A stretch of 64,000 bases of DNA from Cyanophora paradoxa CCMP329 (Eukaryota > Plantae > Glaucophyta): the NCBI GenBank assembly GCA_004431415.1, contig QPMI01000595.1:1-64000 (forward strand). The letters run 5' to 3'. Positions 1-11,800 of the stretch are shown here, piece after piece (position 1 is the first letter of the stretch; every line of letters begins with the position of its first letter). The position numbers and the translations under genes are program-made. Under the pieces are notes generated by a model. That model was not told the origin of the DNA. It saw nothing but the letters and a program-made list of their open reading frames with translations, and ran no database searches.

Positions 1-1299
1 TTCAACGTTCTGTTCAACTCGCACAGAGAGCACTTCGTGATGAAGAGAACCGCAATTCCTTGGAGGAAAGGTCAAAGATTCTGCTGGGAATTGCTAAGAG
101 CCTCAAACAGACTACATACAGAACTGCACTTATGTCTGATCTTTCAGTTCTGTTCAGTGAAAGACCTTTTTCGAGAGACTTGATACTGTTCCCAACATCA
201 TTGGATTTACAAATGGTGTGTTTGACCTGAACTCCATGACTTTTCGACAGGGACTCCCAGATGATATGGTGAGTAAGACTGTTGGCTACGATTACACCAC
301 AGAAATTGACCAAGAGAAAGGTTGCGAAGATTAAATCCATCTATGCAGATATTATCGAATCTGATGAAAACCGCGAATTTATGATGGGATTAATTGCCTA
401 TGCCCTGAGTGGTTTGACAGAAAATCAGAGATACACTTGCTGGACTGGAATTGGAGCAAATGGGAAATCACTGCTCCAAGAGTTGGTGAAAGACACATTT
501 GGTGAGTATTATGGGTCACTGGACATGACATATTGGACTAAACCCAAGAAGAGTTCGTCAGAGGCTTCCCCAGAACTCGCTTGCATTCTTGGTAAACGGA
601 TTGTTTTCAGTAATGAAGCAGAAGATGGTGATATGCTTCAACTGAACAAAATCAAACAGGTTACTGGTGGGAATGAGATGAAGGTTCGAGCTCTTTTCAA
701 AGATCTTGTAACATTCATTCCCATGTTCCAGTTGTTCTTGTCCACAAATGACAACTTGGGAATCAGTAAACCAGATGCAGCAATTCAAAGGCGAATTATC
801 TACTACCGATTCGAAAATGTCTTCAAGGTCGATCCTCAGCCTGGTGAGAAGAAAGCAGACACCACTCTCATGCGCCTAATGAAGAATGATGACGATTATA
901 AAATGGCGCATATGTCCATTCTCCTGAAATGTGGAGAACCCATTCTCTCAATGAATCGTCACCAAACCACCCCAGTCGATTGTTGATCAAGGTGTTGAAT
1001 ATTTCAATGAGAATGATAAGATTGGAGAATGGATTCGTGAGAGTTATGAACTCACCAAGAGTCAAGGGGATTTCGCCACAAGTGAGTCCATTATCAGTCA
1101 CTTTAAGATTGATCACATGGGCAAATCTGATGAGAAAATCACAGAATGCACTATCTTGAAGAGACTTCGCGAAGTCTTTAATGTGAAGGCTGAGAGAAAG
1201 CGAGTCAATGGTGTTCTTGCTCGTGGCTACTTTGGGATCAAAAAGAAGCATAGTCGCAAGTTGGTGGATGACAGTGATGTTGAAGGTGGGGATGAGTAA
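1..1299 (+). CDS. D5-like superfamily 3 primase-helicase, C-terminal part (frameshifted across ORFs 282-986 and 1117-1299)
   Basis: Walker A WTGIGANGKS, SPELA..LGKRIVFSNE, IKQVTGG, RALF and DAAIQRRI motifs; colinear with 48119-50404. Confidence 0.9.
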
Positions 1300-1388
1300 A
1301 CAAAACAGAATCGATTCTAATACTGATTGAATTTCTTATTTTTTAAAAACCTTACTGTAAATGGTTTGTGTGACAGCTGTGACACCTT

Positions 1389-1510
1389 TTTAATTGAGTG
1401 TGACGCCTGTGACGCCTGTGACGCCTGCTTTCAAACTTTTTAAAATTTCAAAAATCTACAAACCTCTGAAAACAGGTGTCACAGGCGTCACAGGCGTCAC
1501 ACCCAATTAA
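1389..1510. repeat. Iteron box: 3x TGTGACGCC, AT-rich spacer, 3x inverted GGYGTCACA; putative replication origin
   Basis: Seen directly, just downstream of the D5 gene; near-identical copies at 17274-17395 and 17565-17678. Confidence 0.8.
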
Positions 1511-1653
1511 CCACAGACGCCCCCCTGTGGGTCGATCACTTTCGCGAATAATAATTGGACAATATAAAAAAGTATCGAAAATCGTTGTGTTGTGACAAAA
1601 ATTGACTGGCGATTTAAGGGATGGTTGCGTATTTCACTTGACTAAGACAGAAA

Positions 1654-1845
1654 ATGGATTATTTCGACGAAATTCGGCAGCAGCTTGTCGAAAAGAATGA
1701 TATTGCAGAGGTGGCGGATTATATTGCAAAGATCAGAGCAGGTTATGGTAGAACCTATCAAAAGAAGCGTGTTTATGCAAGCAGACTCGACACAGTTAAT
1801 GTATATGTCCCCAAAGGCACGAATGTGCGAATCATTAGAACCTGA
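1654..1845 (+). CDS. Small hypothetical viral protein (63 aa)
   Basis: AAAATG start context, upstream AAAAATTGA (1597-1605), fills the gap before pPolB. Confidence 0.45.
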   Translation: MDYFDEIRQQLVEKNDIAEVADYIAKIRAGYGRTYQKKRVYASRLDTVNVYVPKGTNVRIIRT

Positions 1846-1901
1846 AAAATGGGAAATGCGTTTAAAACGCCCAAAAATAATATGTTCCCTTAAAGTAAAA
1901 G

Positions 1902-4900
1902 ATGCCCCGCCAATCAAATAGAATCATCAAAGAAAAGAAAAACGAAATACTCGGTCTTTTAGGAACCCTTTTAGTCACTGGTGATATTACAGAATTCGAA
2001 TATGATCGCCAGGCAGCAATCTTGGATAGGAGACCAAGATTATCTCAACTCACAGAAATTACAAATCGACTGTATGATCGTTTTGAGAAAATGGAGGAAT
2101 TCAGGGATGAAGGTTTAAGGTTGGGAGCGATTGCACCAGAGATTGAAGATGGGGAAGCAATGAACAAAGCATATTCTTGGTTGACCTATCGAGCAAGAGG
2201 GGAGGTTATCCAAGATGGGATTGAATTCTTGGAGAGAATTGCAACTACTCTACCACAGAGACTCAGACAGAAACTCCAAGACCTGAGAGCAATTAAAACT
2301 CGGTTGACCTTCATTTGTAAATTCACCAAAGTGAGTGATCCAAGGGTGTGGATCACCAAATTCATTTACAGTGATTACTTTGTCATCACAAGATCACGAA
2401 ATATTGATGTTGAACTGCGAAATGCCCTTCAATCTATGCAGGAACAGATGATGCAGGTTGACAGTTACAGACTGGATCGCATTGAGATGCTGAGAGTGGT
2501 AATAATGTCTTATGCTCCTGTGGGTGGTTGCTTTTTCTCAACACCTGAGTGGATTGGATCAAAGAGAGCAACTGTGAATGTCAAGAATATTGATGGTCAA
2601 GACTGCTTCAAGTATGCAATCTTGGCTTACCTGCACCGAAATGATATTAATAAACACAAGAGCAATGAACCCAACCAGTATAGAAGATGGTTAAACGAAC
2701 TCCATTTCGAAGGCATCCAGTTTCCAGTTGCCTGTGATGCAGAGGTTATTGATCGATTTGAGGAGCAGAACCCTGAACTGAGTATCAACATCTATGGAGC
2801 AGATAATAAAGAACAGTGTTTCTATCCTCTCCATCAATCAAGTAACCCCAGGAGGAAGACCAAGATTAACCTTTTATTAATCGAAAATGATGAAGATAAC
2901 AGAGGGCATTATATCACCATCATGTCTCTGAGTAGACTTCTGAAAACCACCTTTGATAAAGCCCATGATGGTCGCATTTATTACTGTGAGACCTGTCTGT
3001 CTCGTTTCAGAACTCAGGAGAAGCTGGATGTACATATAGAAGCGAATCGCTGCATTGATTGGAGGGAGAGCAAAGGTAAATGCCCGAAATCTGGAAGTCA
3101 CATTGAATTTGGTCTGCAACACCTTCGCAAAACTGTGTGGCTTCCCGCTATCTGCTATGTGAAAATGGATAGTCACTCGGTTCCAATTGATGAGAACCGC
3201 AGTAAAAGAGAGGTCAAATCGGTTTCTCTAACAGTTGTGATGGGGGATGAGGTGATCTCTCATAATCTCGAAGGATCAGATCCACTTGGTGCTCTGTTTA
3301 CCACTCTCACAGAGATCAGACCCCAAGTAATTCGCACTCTGTTCACCAATATTCCCATGCATCCACTCACAGAGGAGCAGAAAGCACAATACAAGATAAG
3401 TAAACACTGTTACATCTGTGCACAACGATTTACCCATGAGAACTTTCCAGTGAGAGACCATTGTCATCAATCAGGAGCATTTATTGGGAAAGCATGCCGA
3501 AACTGCAACCTCCACAGGAGAATCTCGAAACAAACCAAGGTAGCAATAGTGGTGGATCACATGGATGAATGTGGACACGAAATATTCCGCAAAATTGCAC
3601 AGCAAGATGATAAACTTCGTGTTGAGATCCTGAGCAAGAATTTCGATCAATACCTGTCCCTGCAATGGGGCATGTGGAAATTCATAGATGCTTCGCATTT
3701 CATGGACTTCCAGGCAGTGGATTCTGGTGATCTTATGAGTAAATTCCAGACATTCCGAGAACTGGCGTTTACCCAATATGGATTGGATCCTGCCCATTAT
3801 GTGAGCGCTCCTGGATTATCCTGGGATGCAATGCTAATTTACACCAGAGCAAAGATTGAACAGATAAGTGATGTTGGGCAATACGAATTTATTGAGAGGG
3901 CAATTCGAGGTGGGTTTGCTACAATGCCTACTCGATATGCAAAGGTGGAAAACCCAGATGACCATATAGTTCTCTTGGATGCAAATAATCTGTATGGTTA
4001 CGCTCTCAGTCGAGAACTGCCCATTGGAGATTTCCGTTGGGAAGATGTTACAGAGGCACTTAAAGAGACCTCTGGACGAAGTGCCTTTATTGAAGTAGAC
4101 CTGGAATACCCACAAACTCTCACAGATCATTACGATTTTCCACTTGTAGTGAATAAAGAGCAAATCACTACCGAAATGCTGGGTGAGTATCAACAAAAAC
4201 TACTGGATATCACAGGTGAGAAGATAAGCAAAGACCCCAAACTCACTGCAACATTCTCACCCAAAAACAACTATGTGATCTCCCAACCTCTCTTGGTCTA
4301 TCTTGTGAGCAAAGGTATTATAATTAAGAAGGTTCACAGGGTTCTCTCATTTGCAACCTCTGCATTCATGAAGAGTTATATTGATCTAAATACGAAACTG
4401 AGGCGCCAATCTATGTCCAGATTCGAGAGTGACTTCTTTAAATTAATGAACAATGCAATCTATGGTAAATGCCTCGAATCATGCAGGGGTCGCTCTGTGG
4501 TTAAGATTGCTAACAGTGAGAAACTCTGCAAGAAATATGCTGCAAGTCCATTGATCAAGGCAACCAATGTATTAAACGAAAATGCTGTTGCCTTTGAGAT
4601 GTATTCAAAGCATGTTCACTTAGATAAACCAGTTGCAATTGGGGCTTTTGTGCTGGATTTCGCGAAACTCCATAACAGCAGGTTCTTTTATGATGTGGTG
4701 AGGAGAACTTGGGAAACAGCTGAGCTACTATTCCATGATACAGATTCTTTCTGTCTAATGCTTCATACCAATGATCTTAATAATGAGATGAAGCGAATTT
4801 CGGAACACCTGGATTGCAGTAATTATGATCCCTCCCACCCTCTCTTTGATAGGAGCAATCGCTTGATTCCAGGTAAATATAAAAACGAGTTTCCCAATGC

Positions 4901-5183
4901 AAAGATTGTTGAGTATGTAGGTCTGAGATCGAAACTCTATGCTTTCAGAACTGAGACCTTTGATAAAATAAAAATGTCTGGAACCTCCTCAAAAGAGGTT
5001 TACTTTGATGATTTCAAGAGATGCTTGTTTGAAGGCATCACCAAAACAGTAGCAGTAGTAAACAAGCGAAGACAAGACCACAACCTATATGATTTGGAGA
5101 GCAGAAGGGTGGCTCTAAACCAACTCGATAGCAAAAGGAAGATATTAGACGATGGAATTCACAGCATTCCATTTGGGCTCTAA
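1902..5183 (+). CDS. polB: Protein-primed family B DNA polymerase with putative terminal-protein/vOTU region, C2H2 finger and inserted endonuclease-VII-like Zn domain
   Basis: Motif A LLDANNLYG, B KLMNNAIYGK, C FHDTDSF; YGLDPAHYVSAPGLSWDAML; CYIC...RDHCHQSG...ACRNCN; KNIDGQDCFKYA...GHY. Confidence 0.93.
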   Translation: MPRQSNRIIKEKKNEILGLLGTLLVTGDITEFEYDRQAAILDRRPRLSQLTEITNRLYDRFEKMEEFRDEGLRLGAIAPEIEDGEAMNKAYSWLTYRARGEVIQDGIEFLERIATTLPQRLRQKLQDLRAIKTRLTFICKFTKVSDPRVWITKFIYSDYFVITRSRNIDVELRNALQSMQEQMMQVDSYRLDRIEMLRVVIMSYAPVGGCFFSTPEWIGSKRATVNVKNIDGQDCFKYAILAYLHRNDINKHKSNEPNQYRRWLNELHFEGIQFPVACDAEVIDRFEEQNPELSINIYGADNKEQCFYPLHQSSNPRRKTKINLLLIENDEDNRGHYITIMSLSRLLKTTFDKAHDGRIYYCETCLSRFRTQEKLDVHIEANRCIDWRESKGKCPKSGSHIEFGLQHLRKTVWLPAICYVKMDSHSVPIDENRSKREVKSVSLTVVMGDEVISHNLEGSDPLGALFTTLTEIRPQVIRTLFTNIPMHPLTEEQKAQYKISKHCYICAQRFTHENFPVRDHCHQSGAFIGKACRNCNLHRRISKQTKVAIVVDHMDECGHEIFRKIAQQDDKLRVEILSKNFDQYLSLQWGMWKFIDASHFMDFQAVDSGDLMSKFQTFRELAFTQYGLDPAHYVSAPGLSWDAMLIYTRAKIEQISDVGQYEFIERAIRGGFATMPTRYAKVENPDDHIVLLDANNLYGYALSRELPIGDFRWEDVTEALKETSGRSAFIEVDLEYPQTLTDHYDFPLVVNKEQITTEMLGEYQQKLLDITGEKISKDPKLTATFSPKNNYVISQPLLVYLVSKGIIIKKVHRVLSFATSAFMKSYIDLNTKLRRQSMSRFESDFFKLMNNAIYGKCLESCRGRSVVKIANSEKLCKKYAASPLIKATNVLNENAVAFEMYSKHVHLDKPVAIGAFVLDFAKLHNSRFFYDVVRRTWETAELLFHDTDSFCLMLHTNDLNNEMKRISEHLDCSNYDPSHPLFDRSNRLIPGKYKNEFPNAKIVEYVGLRSKLYAFRTETFDKIKMSGTSSKEVYFDDFKRCLFEGITKTVAVVNKRRQDHNLYDLESRRVALNQLDSKRKILDDGIHSIPFGL

Positions 5184-5366
5184 TCTACTTCATCAATCTT
5201 TCTTTTTCTTTGGTTTCGCTCTCCAAGAAGTAATAAACCGCGAATTAAATGCAGCAGCCAAATACATCTTAATCCAGGGTCATTGGGCTCGATTGCAAAG
5301 TAGTTTGGAATTGTGTTCTCCTTCCACACAGACTCTTGCATTTATTATATGAGAGATAAGGTAAAG

Positions 5367-6767
5367 ATGCCCTCCACACAAATAGGATTGAGACAACCAC
5401 CAAGAATTGTGAGAAAAGAGGCAATTGAAGATCGAGGGAATATTCTGCCCATCACAGTTCCAGTGGAGGAGAAGAGCAGTCGAATATTAAAAAGATCAGA
5501 GATGGTCAAGCAATTAATCCCAGAGACCCTCCCAGCTGAGACAGCACCAAAAGAGTCAAAGATTGCTAAGAAGTTCTATGATCCCAGGACAGGCTACAAG
5601 GGATTTACTGCAATGAGACAGGAACTACCAGAGGAGAACTACAAGCAAATGAGAGAATGGTATGATAAGCAGGAGGTTGTCCAAATTAATGCACCAACTC
5701 TATCTCGAAAGAGAGATCCCATGATTCCAATAAGGCAACCCCTTGATACATATGTGATTGATCTGCTCTTCTTTCCTGCATACAAAAAGCAGAATGATGG
5801 TTATGATACATTTATGAGTGCAATGGAATCAACCCTGAGAACAGGGTTCATAATTCCAATGAGAGACAAGAGTGCTCTTACTACTCTTGCAGCATTCAAG
5901 CAACTTGAACAGAGAGTCCCCAGACCAATTGTTCGCATTCAGAGTGACAGTGGAAGCGAATTTACCAATGTGTTATTCACAGATTATCTGGGAACCAAAT
6001 TCATTGAGCATCAACTTAGTGATGTTGCAGATCACAGAACCCAAGGTCGAATTGAAGCCTTTAACAGACAGATCAAGAGATTGATCACAAACTACTGCAT
6101 CGCAAATAATACTGCACGATTTTTTGATGTGTTGGGTGATATTGAGTATAATTATAATAATACCATTCACTCTGCAACCAAAAGAAAACCAGCAGAGACC
6201 ACAGAAGCCCACTACAAAGAGATAGTGAATATGGAGGATCAGAGATTCAAGAAATCGATTGAGTATCTTGATGCCCTGAAACCTGGTATGTTTGTGAGAG
6301 TGAAAGTTGAAAAGAACCCATTTGCAAAGCAAGGGGTTAATTGGTCTCGAATTGTTTATAGTGTGGAGGGCAGAGAGGGCTTCAAGTTCAGAATCAGAAG
6401 TCCCAGTGGTGAGATAGTTGATGGTAGATTCGCTTTTCATGAACTGCTGCCCATTAAAGGTGTTGAGTATCATGAAACTCCCACAGTGGATGCCCTTGAA
6501 CATGCAAAGGAGGAAGCCAGGGTTGATTCTGCAATCAGAAAGGAGGGCATAGAAAAAGCAAGTGAAGTACCAAAAGAGCCCCTCACAGAAGCAAGAGCAC
6601 AAAAGAAGGGTAGAGTAGAGAAAGAATTAAAGAAGTTGACCATAGCAGGAACCCAGAAATTATCAGAAGTCAACAGTCAGAGGTGGTATAATGACTTTTC
6701 AACCACCAAGGAAACATATACTGCACCCCAAACTCGATTTAATTTACGAAGTGGTCAAAGGAAATAG
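5367..6767 (+). CDS. Retroviral-type (rve) DDE integrase
   Basis: YVIDLLFF (D), IQSDSGSEF (D), QGRIEAFN (E), YNNTIHSATKRKP; start MPSTQ at 5367. Confidence 0.92.
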   Translation: MPSTQIGLRQPPRIVRKEAIEDRGNILPITVPVEEKSSRILKRSEMVKQLIPETLPAETAPKESKIAKKFYDPRTGYKGFTAMRQELPEENYKQMREWYDKQEVVQINAPTLSRKRDPMIPIRQPLDTYVIDLLFFPAYKKQNDGYDTFMSAMESTLRTGFIIPMRDKSALTTLAAFKQLEQRVPRPIVRIQSDSGSEFTNVLFTDYLGTKFIEHQLSDVADHRTQGRIEAFNRQIKRLITNYCIANNTARFFDVLGDIEYNYNNTIHSATKRKPAETTEAHYKEIVNMEDQRFKKSIEYLDALKPGMFVRVKVEKNPFAKQGVNWSRIVYSVEGREGFKFRIRSPSGEIVDGRFAFHELLPIKGVEYHETPTVDALEHAKEEARVDSAIRKEGIEKASEVPKEPLTEARAQKKGRVEKELKKLTIAGTQKLSEVNSQRWYNDFSTTKETYTAPQTRFNLRSGQRK

Positions 6768-6768
6768 A

Positions 6769-7011
6769 TCAGCAGCGCTTCCGAAATCTCTTAGACCTCT
6801 GACGAATTTTCCTCATTTGTCTATCTTTTTCAATAATTTCCAAGAAGAAAGTTTCAAGGTTTGAGACCAGTTGGTAATTGTAAACAAAGAACAGTCTCAC
6901 ATGCTCTGGCTGTGACATGAAGAAATTGTAATAGAAAGCAGTTTTGAAATCATGGATCCAGTCTGATTGGGCAGCATGGATGATAGCAGGGTCTTGGTAG
7001 ATGGGATCCAT
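6769..7011 (-). CDS. Small hypothetical viral protein (~80 aa)
   Basis: ORF from MDPIYQ; AAAATTGA ~35 nt upstream on the minus strand. Confidence 0.45.
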   Translation of the reverse strand: MDPIYQDPAIIHAAQSDWIHDFKTAFYYNFFMSQPEHVRLFFVYNYQLVSNLETFFLEIIEKDRQMRKIRQRSKRFRKRC

Positions 7012-7240
7012 AGCAGAAGTTGAGAGAATCCAGAAAATCCTTGTCAATTTTTTATTTTGTAAGTGCCCGATCACGACGAATCCTGATTGGCGCTATCGTG
7101 GCGATTCCGAATCTGTTTTCAGATTTAAAAACGGAGCACTTGGTAATAAAATACAGTAGCTACTGTAAAAATCGCCATAATGTGGGCGAAGATACAGAAG
7201 CCACTGTATCATACATCAGGACATCAGGACTTCTGAAATA

Positions 7241-8781
7241 TTATACACTTCGAATAAATGCACCTGTCACATCAACTCTCATAGTTGGGGTGTTGATGTA
7301 TACAAGTGGATAAATTCGAATATACCTTGTCCTCAGAGGGTAGCCAATATAGAAAACGTCTTTAATAGAGGTGGGATACCCAGAACTGTATGAGACATCA
7401 CCACTGTTGTGGGCATTATTGATAGTTTCACACATGAACACTCTATTGACACCTTCATACTTGATAAATGACCAAGAAATCCCATCTTGTGATGTTGCAA
7501 CATTGAAGGTCTTAATAAAAGCGTTTGTTACACCAGAACCATATGCTATAATAGATGCAACCTCAAATATGTATGGGAAGGTTACTTGGAGATACTCAGT
7601 GGGGACACTCCATATCCCATCAGGAGCAGATGCATTTGCTTCCCAACCTGTCAAGGAAGGTCTTGATTTAAATGCCTCCCTTCCAATTTTTGATGATGAA
7701 GCAGTGAATGCACCATCTGATAGAAGATACCAGTTAGCATCAATTGGAGGTATGCTATTCAGAGTGGATGATATATAGAACCTTGCAGGGTTCTTGATTT
7801 CGTAATTTGCAACCAGTAAATCACAGAGTCTATCAATCATCACAGTGTTTGCTGCTATGTACATTTCGGTTGCATCTATCATATCTGGGATCTTAGAGGT
7901 ATCATCCAGAGAGTTTACTATGGTCTTTGGAAGTGGGACAGAGAGTCTATAATATCTTGCATATCCTTGATCATCATTATATGGAGAAACTCTTGCATCT
8001 TTTCCAGTGCTGAGAGTTCACTTGCAGCCATCAACATATTGATTAATGGACTTCCAGAGGTCGAAGCAATCCAAGAGAGGATGCCCCAGCTGTTCACATC
8101 TTCATAAGAGTAACCCACATTTGGAGCATCTGTTTCATTGACTTCACCACAGGATATACTTATCACTATAATATCATCATCATCATCATAGATCTTCTTA
8201 GCATGACTGTAACCACAGACACTGGGATTGTTGTTACCTGAGATTGCACCATCAATTAGAGACATCCCATCATAGTTCACAGGTGAGAAATATGTTGGAG
8301 CAGCAGAGGTGGATCTTGCAGCAATCTTGCTGGGGATGGATTTGTAGGAGTTATCATTGGTGATAAAAATGGGCTTCATACTCACAGTGTCAAAACTTGT
8401 GATCACTACATCTTTGAGAGAGTCTTGAATGAGAGACTCACCAGTAACAGTGAGAATGGCTGTCTCCAATGGGGTCACATCATACTTGGTGTTGAAGAGT
8501 GCATTATCAATAATATTTCGGGGATTTGCAAAGATTAAAGGCAGTTGATTGAGATAAGTGGAATGCAAATCGGTTGCTGTGAGTTTAGGTTCGTTTGGAA
8601 ATTCGGGATTTTTCACATTGAGACCAATCGCAATTATCCCACCAGTGGATGTTCCACTCACCAGGTCAACAAGATCTATGACTCTTTTTCCTGTTCGAGT
8701 TTCGATTTCTTTTAGCAATCTCGTAATAATTATACCACGAGCTCCCCCACCTGAAAGACTGAGAATTACACGAAGGGGCAT
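7241..8781 (-). CDS. Patatin-like phospholipase fused to a C-terminal F5/8 type C (discoidin) domain (frameshift near 7980)
   Basis: GGGARG, GTSTG, SAAPTYF and DGA motifs; discoidin-type EYLQVTF...IKTFNVATSQDGISW...TRYIRIYP...MRVDVTG; intact homologue at 40469-42025. Confidence 0.9.
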
Positions 8782-8830
8782 CTTTACTTAACTCAAATTT
8801 AATAAATCTCTATAAGTAGAGTAAACAGGG

Positions 8831-11800
8831 ATGAGTTTCAATTACCCAGCAAACCTTCAAACCATTCCCTCATCAGGAAGAGGGAAGGCAGATAACAAAC
8901 ATGTGAATTTCGATAACTTGACAGCCAGAGGGTCAATCTCAATTGATCACAGTGCAGATGAACCCTCAAAGACTCACCCAAGAGAGCATGCACTTTCAAT
9001 AAACGAAATGGATCCCGAAAAGGAAGATGTGAGTGTTGCTTTCAGCATGGGAAATGTGAAATCGAATCAGGTAGCCCAGATTAAAGCAACCAGGAGCAGA
9101 CCAAGAAAACTGAAAACCAGTGGAACCCACCCAGATATTCCAACTCGATTCGATAGTGGTAGGTTAATATTCAATGTTCAAAATGAGAAGGGTGGGCATC
9201 AGAGTGGTTTAAGAATCTATAATGAAGGATCAAATGCAATTGCACAAATTCCCGAAATATTACAGATAGCCCCCCATGGAGAAACCAACAAAATCGAGTT
9301 CACTAACAATGTTTATCCACGAGATATTGTGGCGAATTCGGCTTCTAATGCGCAATTCGGTTTCCAACTACCTGGTGATACAGCAAAGAATAAGGCGTCT
9401 ATCACTGTCAACAGTAGCCCCACTCAACCAGTAACAGTTCATTTACACCCAGACCTTGTCGAAATGGATAGGCACCTTTTACCTTTGGTGACAAACACCA
9501 AAGATCTTGGTATTAGAACCAGACAATGGCGAAATATCCATGGAAGCAATGTCTATGCAAATGGAGAGAAACTTGTTAGTGAGAAGACCATCAGAGAGAT
9601 CTTTGAATATTATGGACCTGTCCCAGTTCCCTTCCCACTACCATGGGATCCACCAGATTTAACACCGAAAAAGCAACCAGGCAGAGAGTACACAGCAGAT
9701 GAGACAGTTCCTTTTGGTCAACACATTGTGAGTTGGGAGCAGGTTCGAAATAAACCTATAATTGAACCAAGAAAGCAAATTGATGAGCAATATTTACCTC
9801 CTGAAATTGATATTTTGGAGCTTGACGAATACCAATTCGTTCCAGATGAGGAGGAATACCTACCTGATGGTTTCGACCACAAGAGTATGAATATGATCAA
9901 TATGATCCCAATGAGGAAGAGTATTTACCAGATGGTTTAGATCCACAAGAGTATGAATATGAGCAGAATTATGAACCCCATGAGGAATATTTAGCAGATG
10001 GTCTCGAACCACCAGTTGTTGATTATGAGCAACCATATGAACCCCATGAAGAATTATTACCAGATGGATTTCGCCCAGAGATTTGGAGTTCTTCCCAGAT
10101 TGGGAGCAGATCAATAACAAACCAGCAAGATTTCCACCAGAGGATCACAACCATGACTGGGATGAGATATTAGGTAAACCAGAGAAATTCCCACCAGAGG
10201 ATCACAGGCATGACTGGGTGATCTGGATGGGATACCAGATAAGTTTGCAGCAAGCAACCATGAACACACCTGGGATGAGATCAATGACCAACCAGAATTC
10301 GCAAAAGTAGAGCCTCTTGCTACTCTGGGAGTTTCTCTTTACCAGACTTGCAATGTCCCTGAAAGGATCTTTTGAATCACCACTATGTTCATGTGGAAGG
10401 GACACTTGCAAATTCAGCTATGATAGGACCATTGCATATTAGAACATTACCAGGCTCTTATAATCCACCACCAGAACCAGGAGCAACCATACCAAATATC
10501 TTTGTGTCAAGCTACATGGAGGTTGACATACCCACAGATACTTTTAGAGTTCCAACAGACCCAGCAACCTACCAAAATTACAATGCAGCTATACAGGTTC
10601 ATGTTGCAGATGTGAGCAGTCTGGATGGATCAAGACCAATGATAGTTTTCAGTCGAGATAAATACTCCTACATTCCCATAGTGGGAACTGCAAATGATAA
10701 TTATGGAAGGGCAGAACTTGCATGGATAAAAACGAATTATGGTGGGGTTCTGGAAGCTAATCAAAGAATGGCTGCAAAAAATATTCACAATGAAACTATA
10801 TCAAGAGTGGTTACAGAAGATTACCTGCAAGCCCAAAACTACATAGATGAAACCGAACTGAATACAATCATTGCAGGTATAAACATTGGTGTAACAGGTG
10901 ATTACCTTCCTCTTACAGGTGGGACTATTGATGGAACAGTTACAGCATGCAACTTCTTTGTTCACACTGAAAGCAATCAAACATTCCCAGTTGTACATCC
11001 AGGAGGTGAGTATGAGATACCTGATGATCCAGCTATCATGCCCATTAAGATTGACCTCCCTTCTGATTATGTTGGAAGGGGTGAACTGAAAATCATATCT
11101 TTCACAGGAGATTATAATGATCTCATTAATAAACCCACCCCATCTAATCTACACCCTGTTGCATATTCAGGTAGCTTCCTTGATCTGAATAATCGAGCAC
11201 ATACCCACACAAGAGCAGAGATCACAGATTTCGCACACACTCACACAAAATCCCAGATAACAGATTTTGCACACACCCACACAAGAGCAGATATTACGAA
11301 TTTCGCTCACACTCATTTTAAATCTGAAATCACAGATTTCGCACACACTCACACAAAGTCACAGATTACAGATTTTGCACACACTCATGTCAAGAGTGAG
11401 ATTACAGATTTTGCACACACTCATGTCAAGAGTGAGATTACAGATTTGCTCACACTCATGTCAAAGCAGATATTACAGATTTTGCACATACTCATGATTG
11501 GAATACAGATATCTATAACAAACCCGCTTTATTTTCGGGCAACTACAATGACCTGACCAATAAACCCACCCTCGATCCCTTTACAGCAAATAATATCACT
11601 GCAAATGCAAACCTTCTCATTGGATCAGGTTACTTTCTCGATTATGACCCATATATTATGCCTGATCCTCCTGTTATTTGGAATTTCCACAATTCAACCC
11701 TTTCTACTAACTCTATATCTTACTATCAGGATAAAACCCTACTTGTTCGTGGAAATGCATATGCAAGAGAAATGTGGGTCATGGATCCTCGGGACAATTC

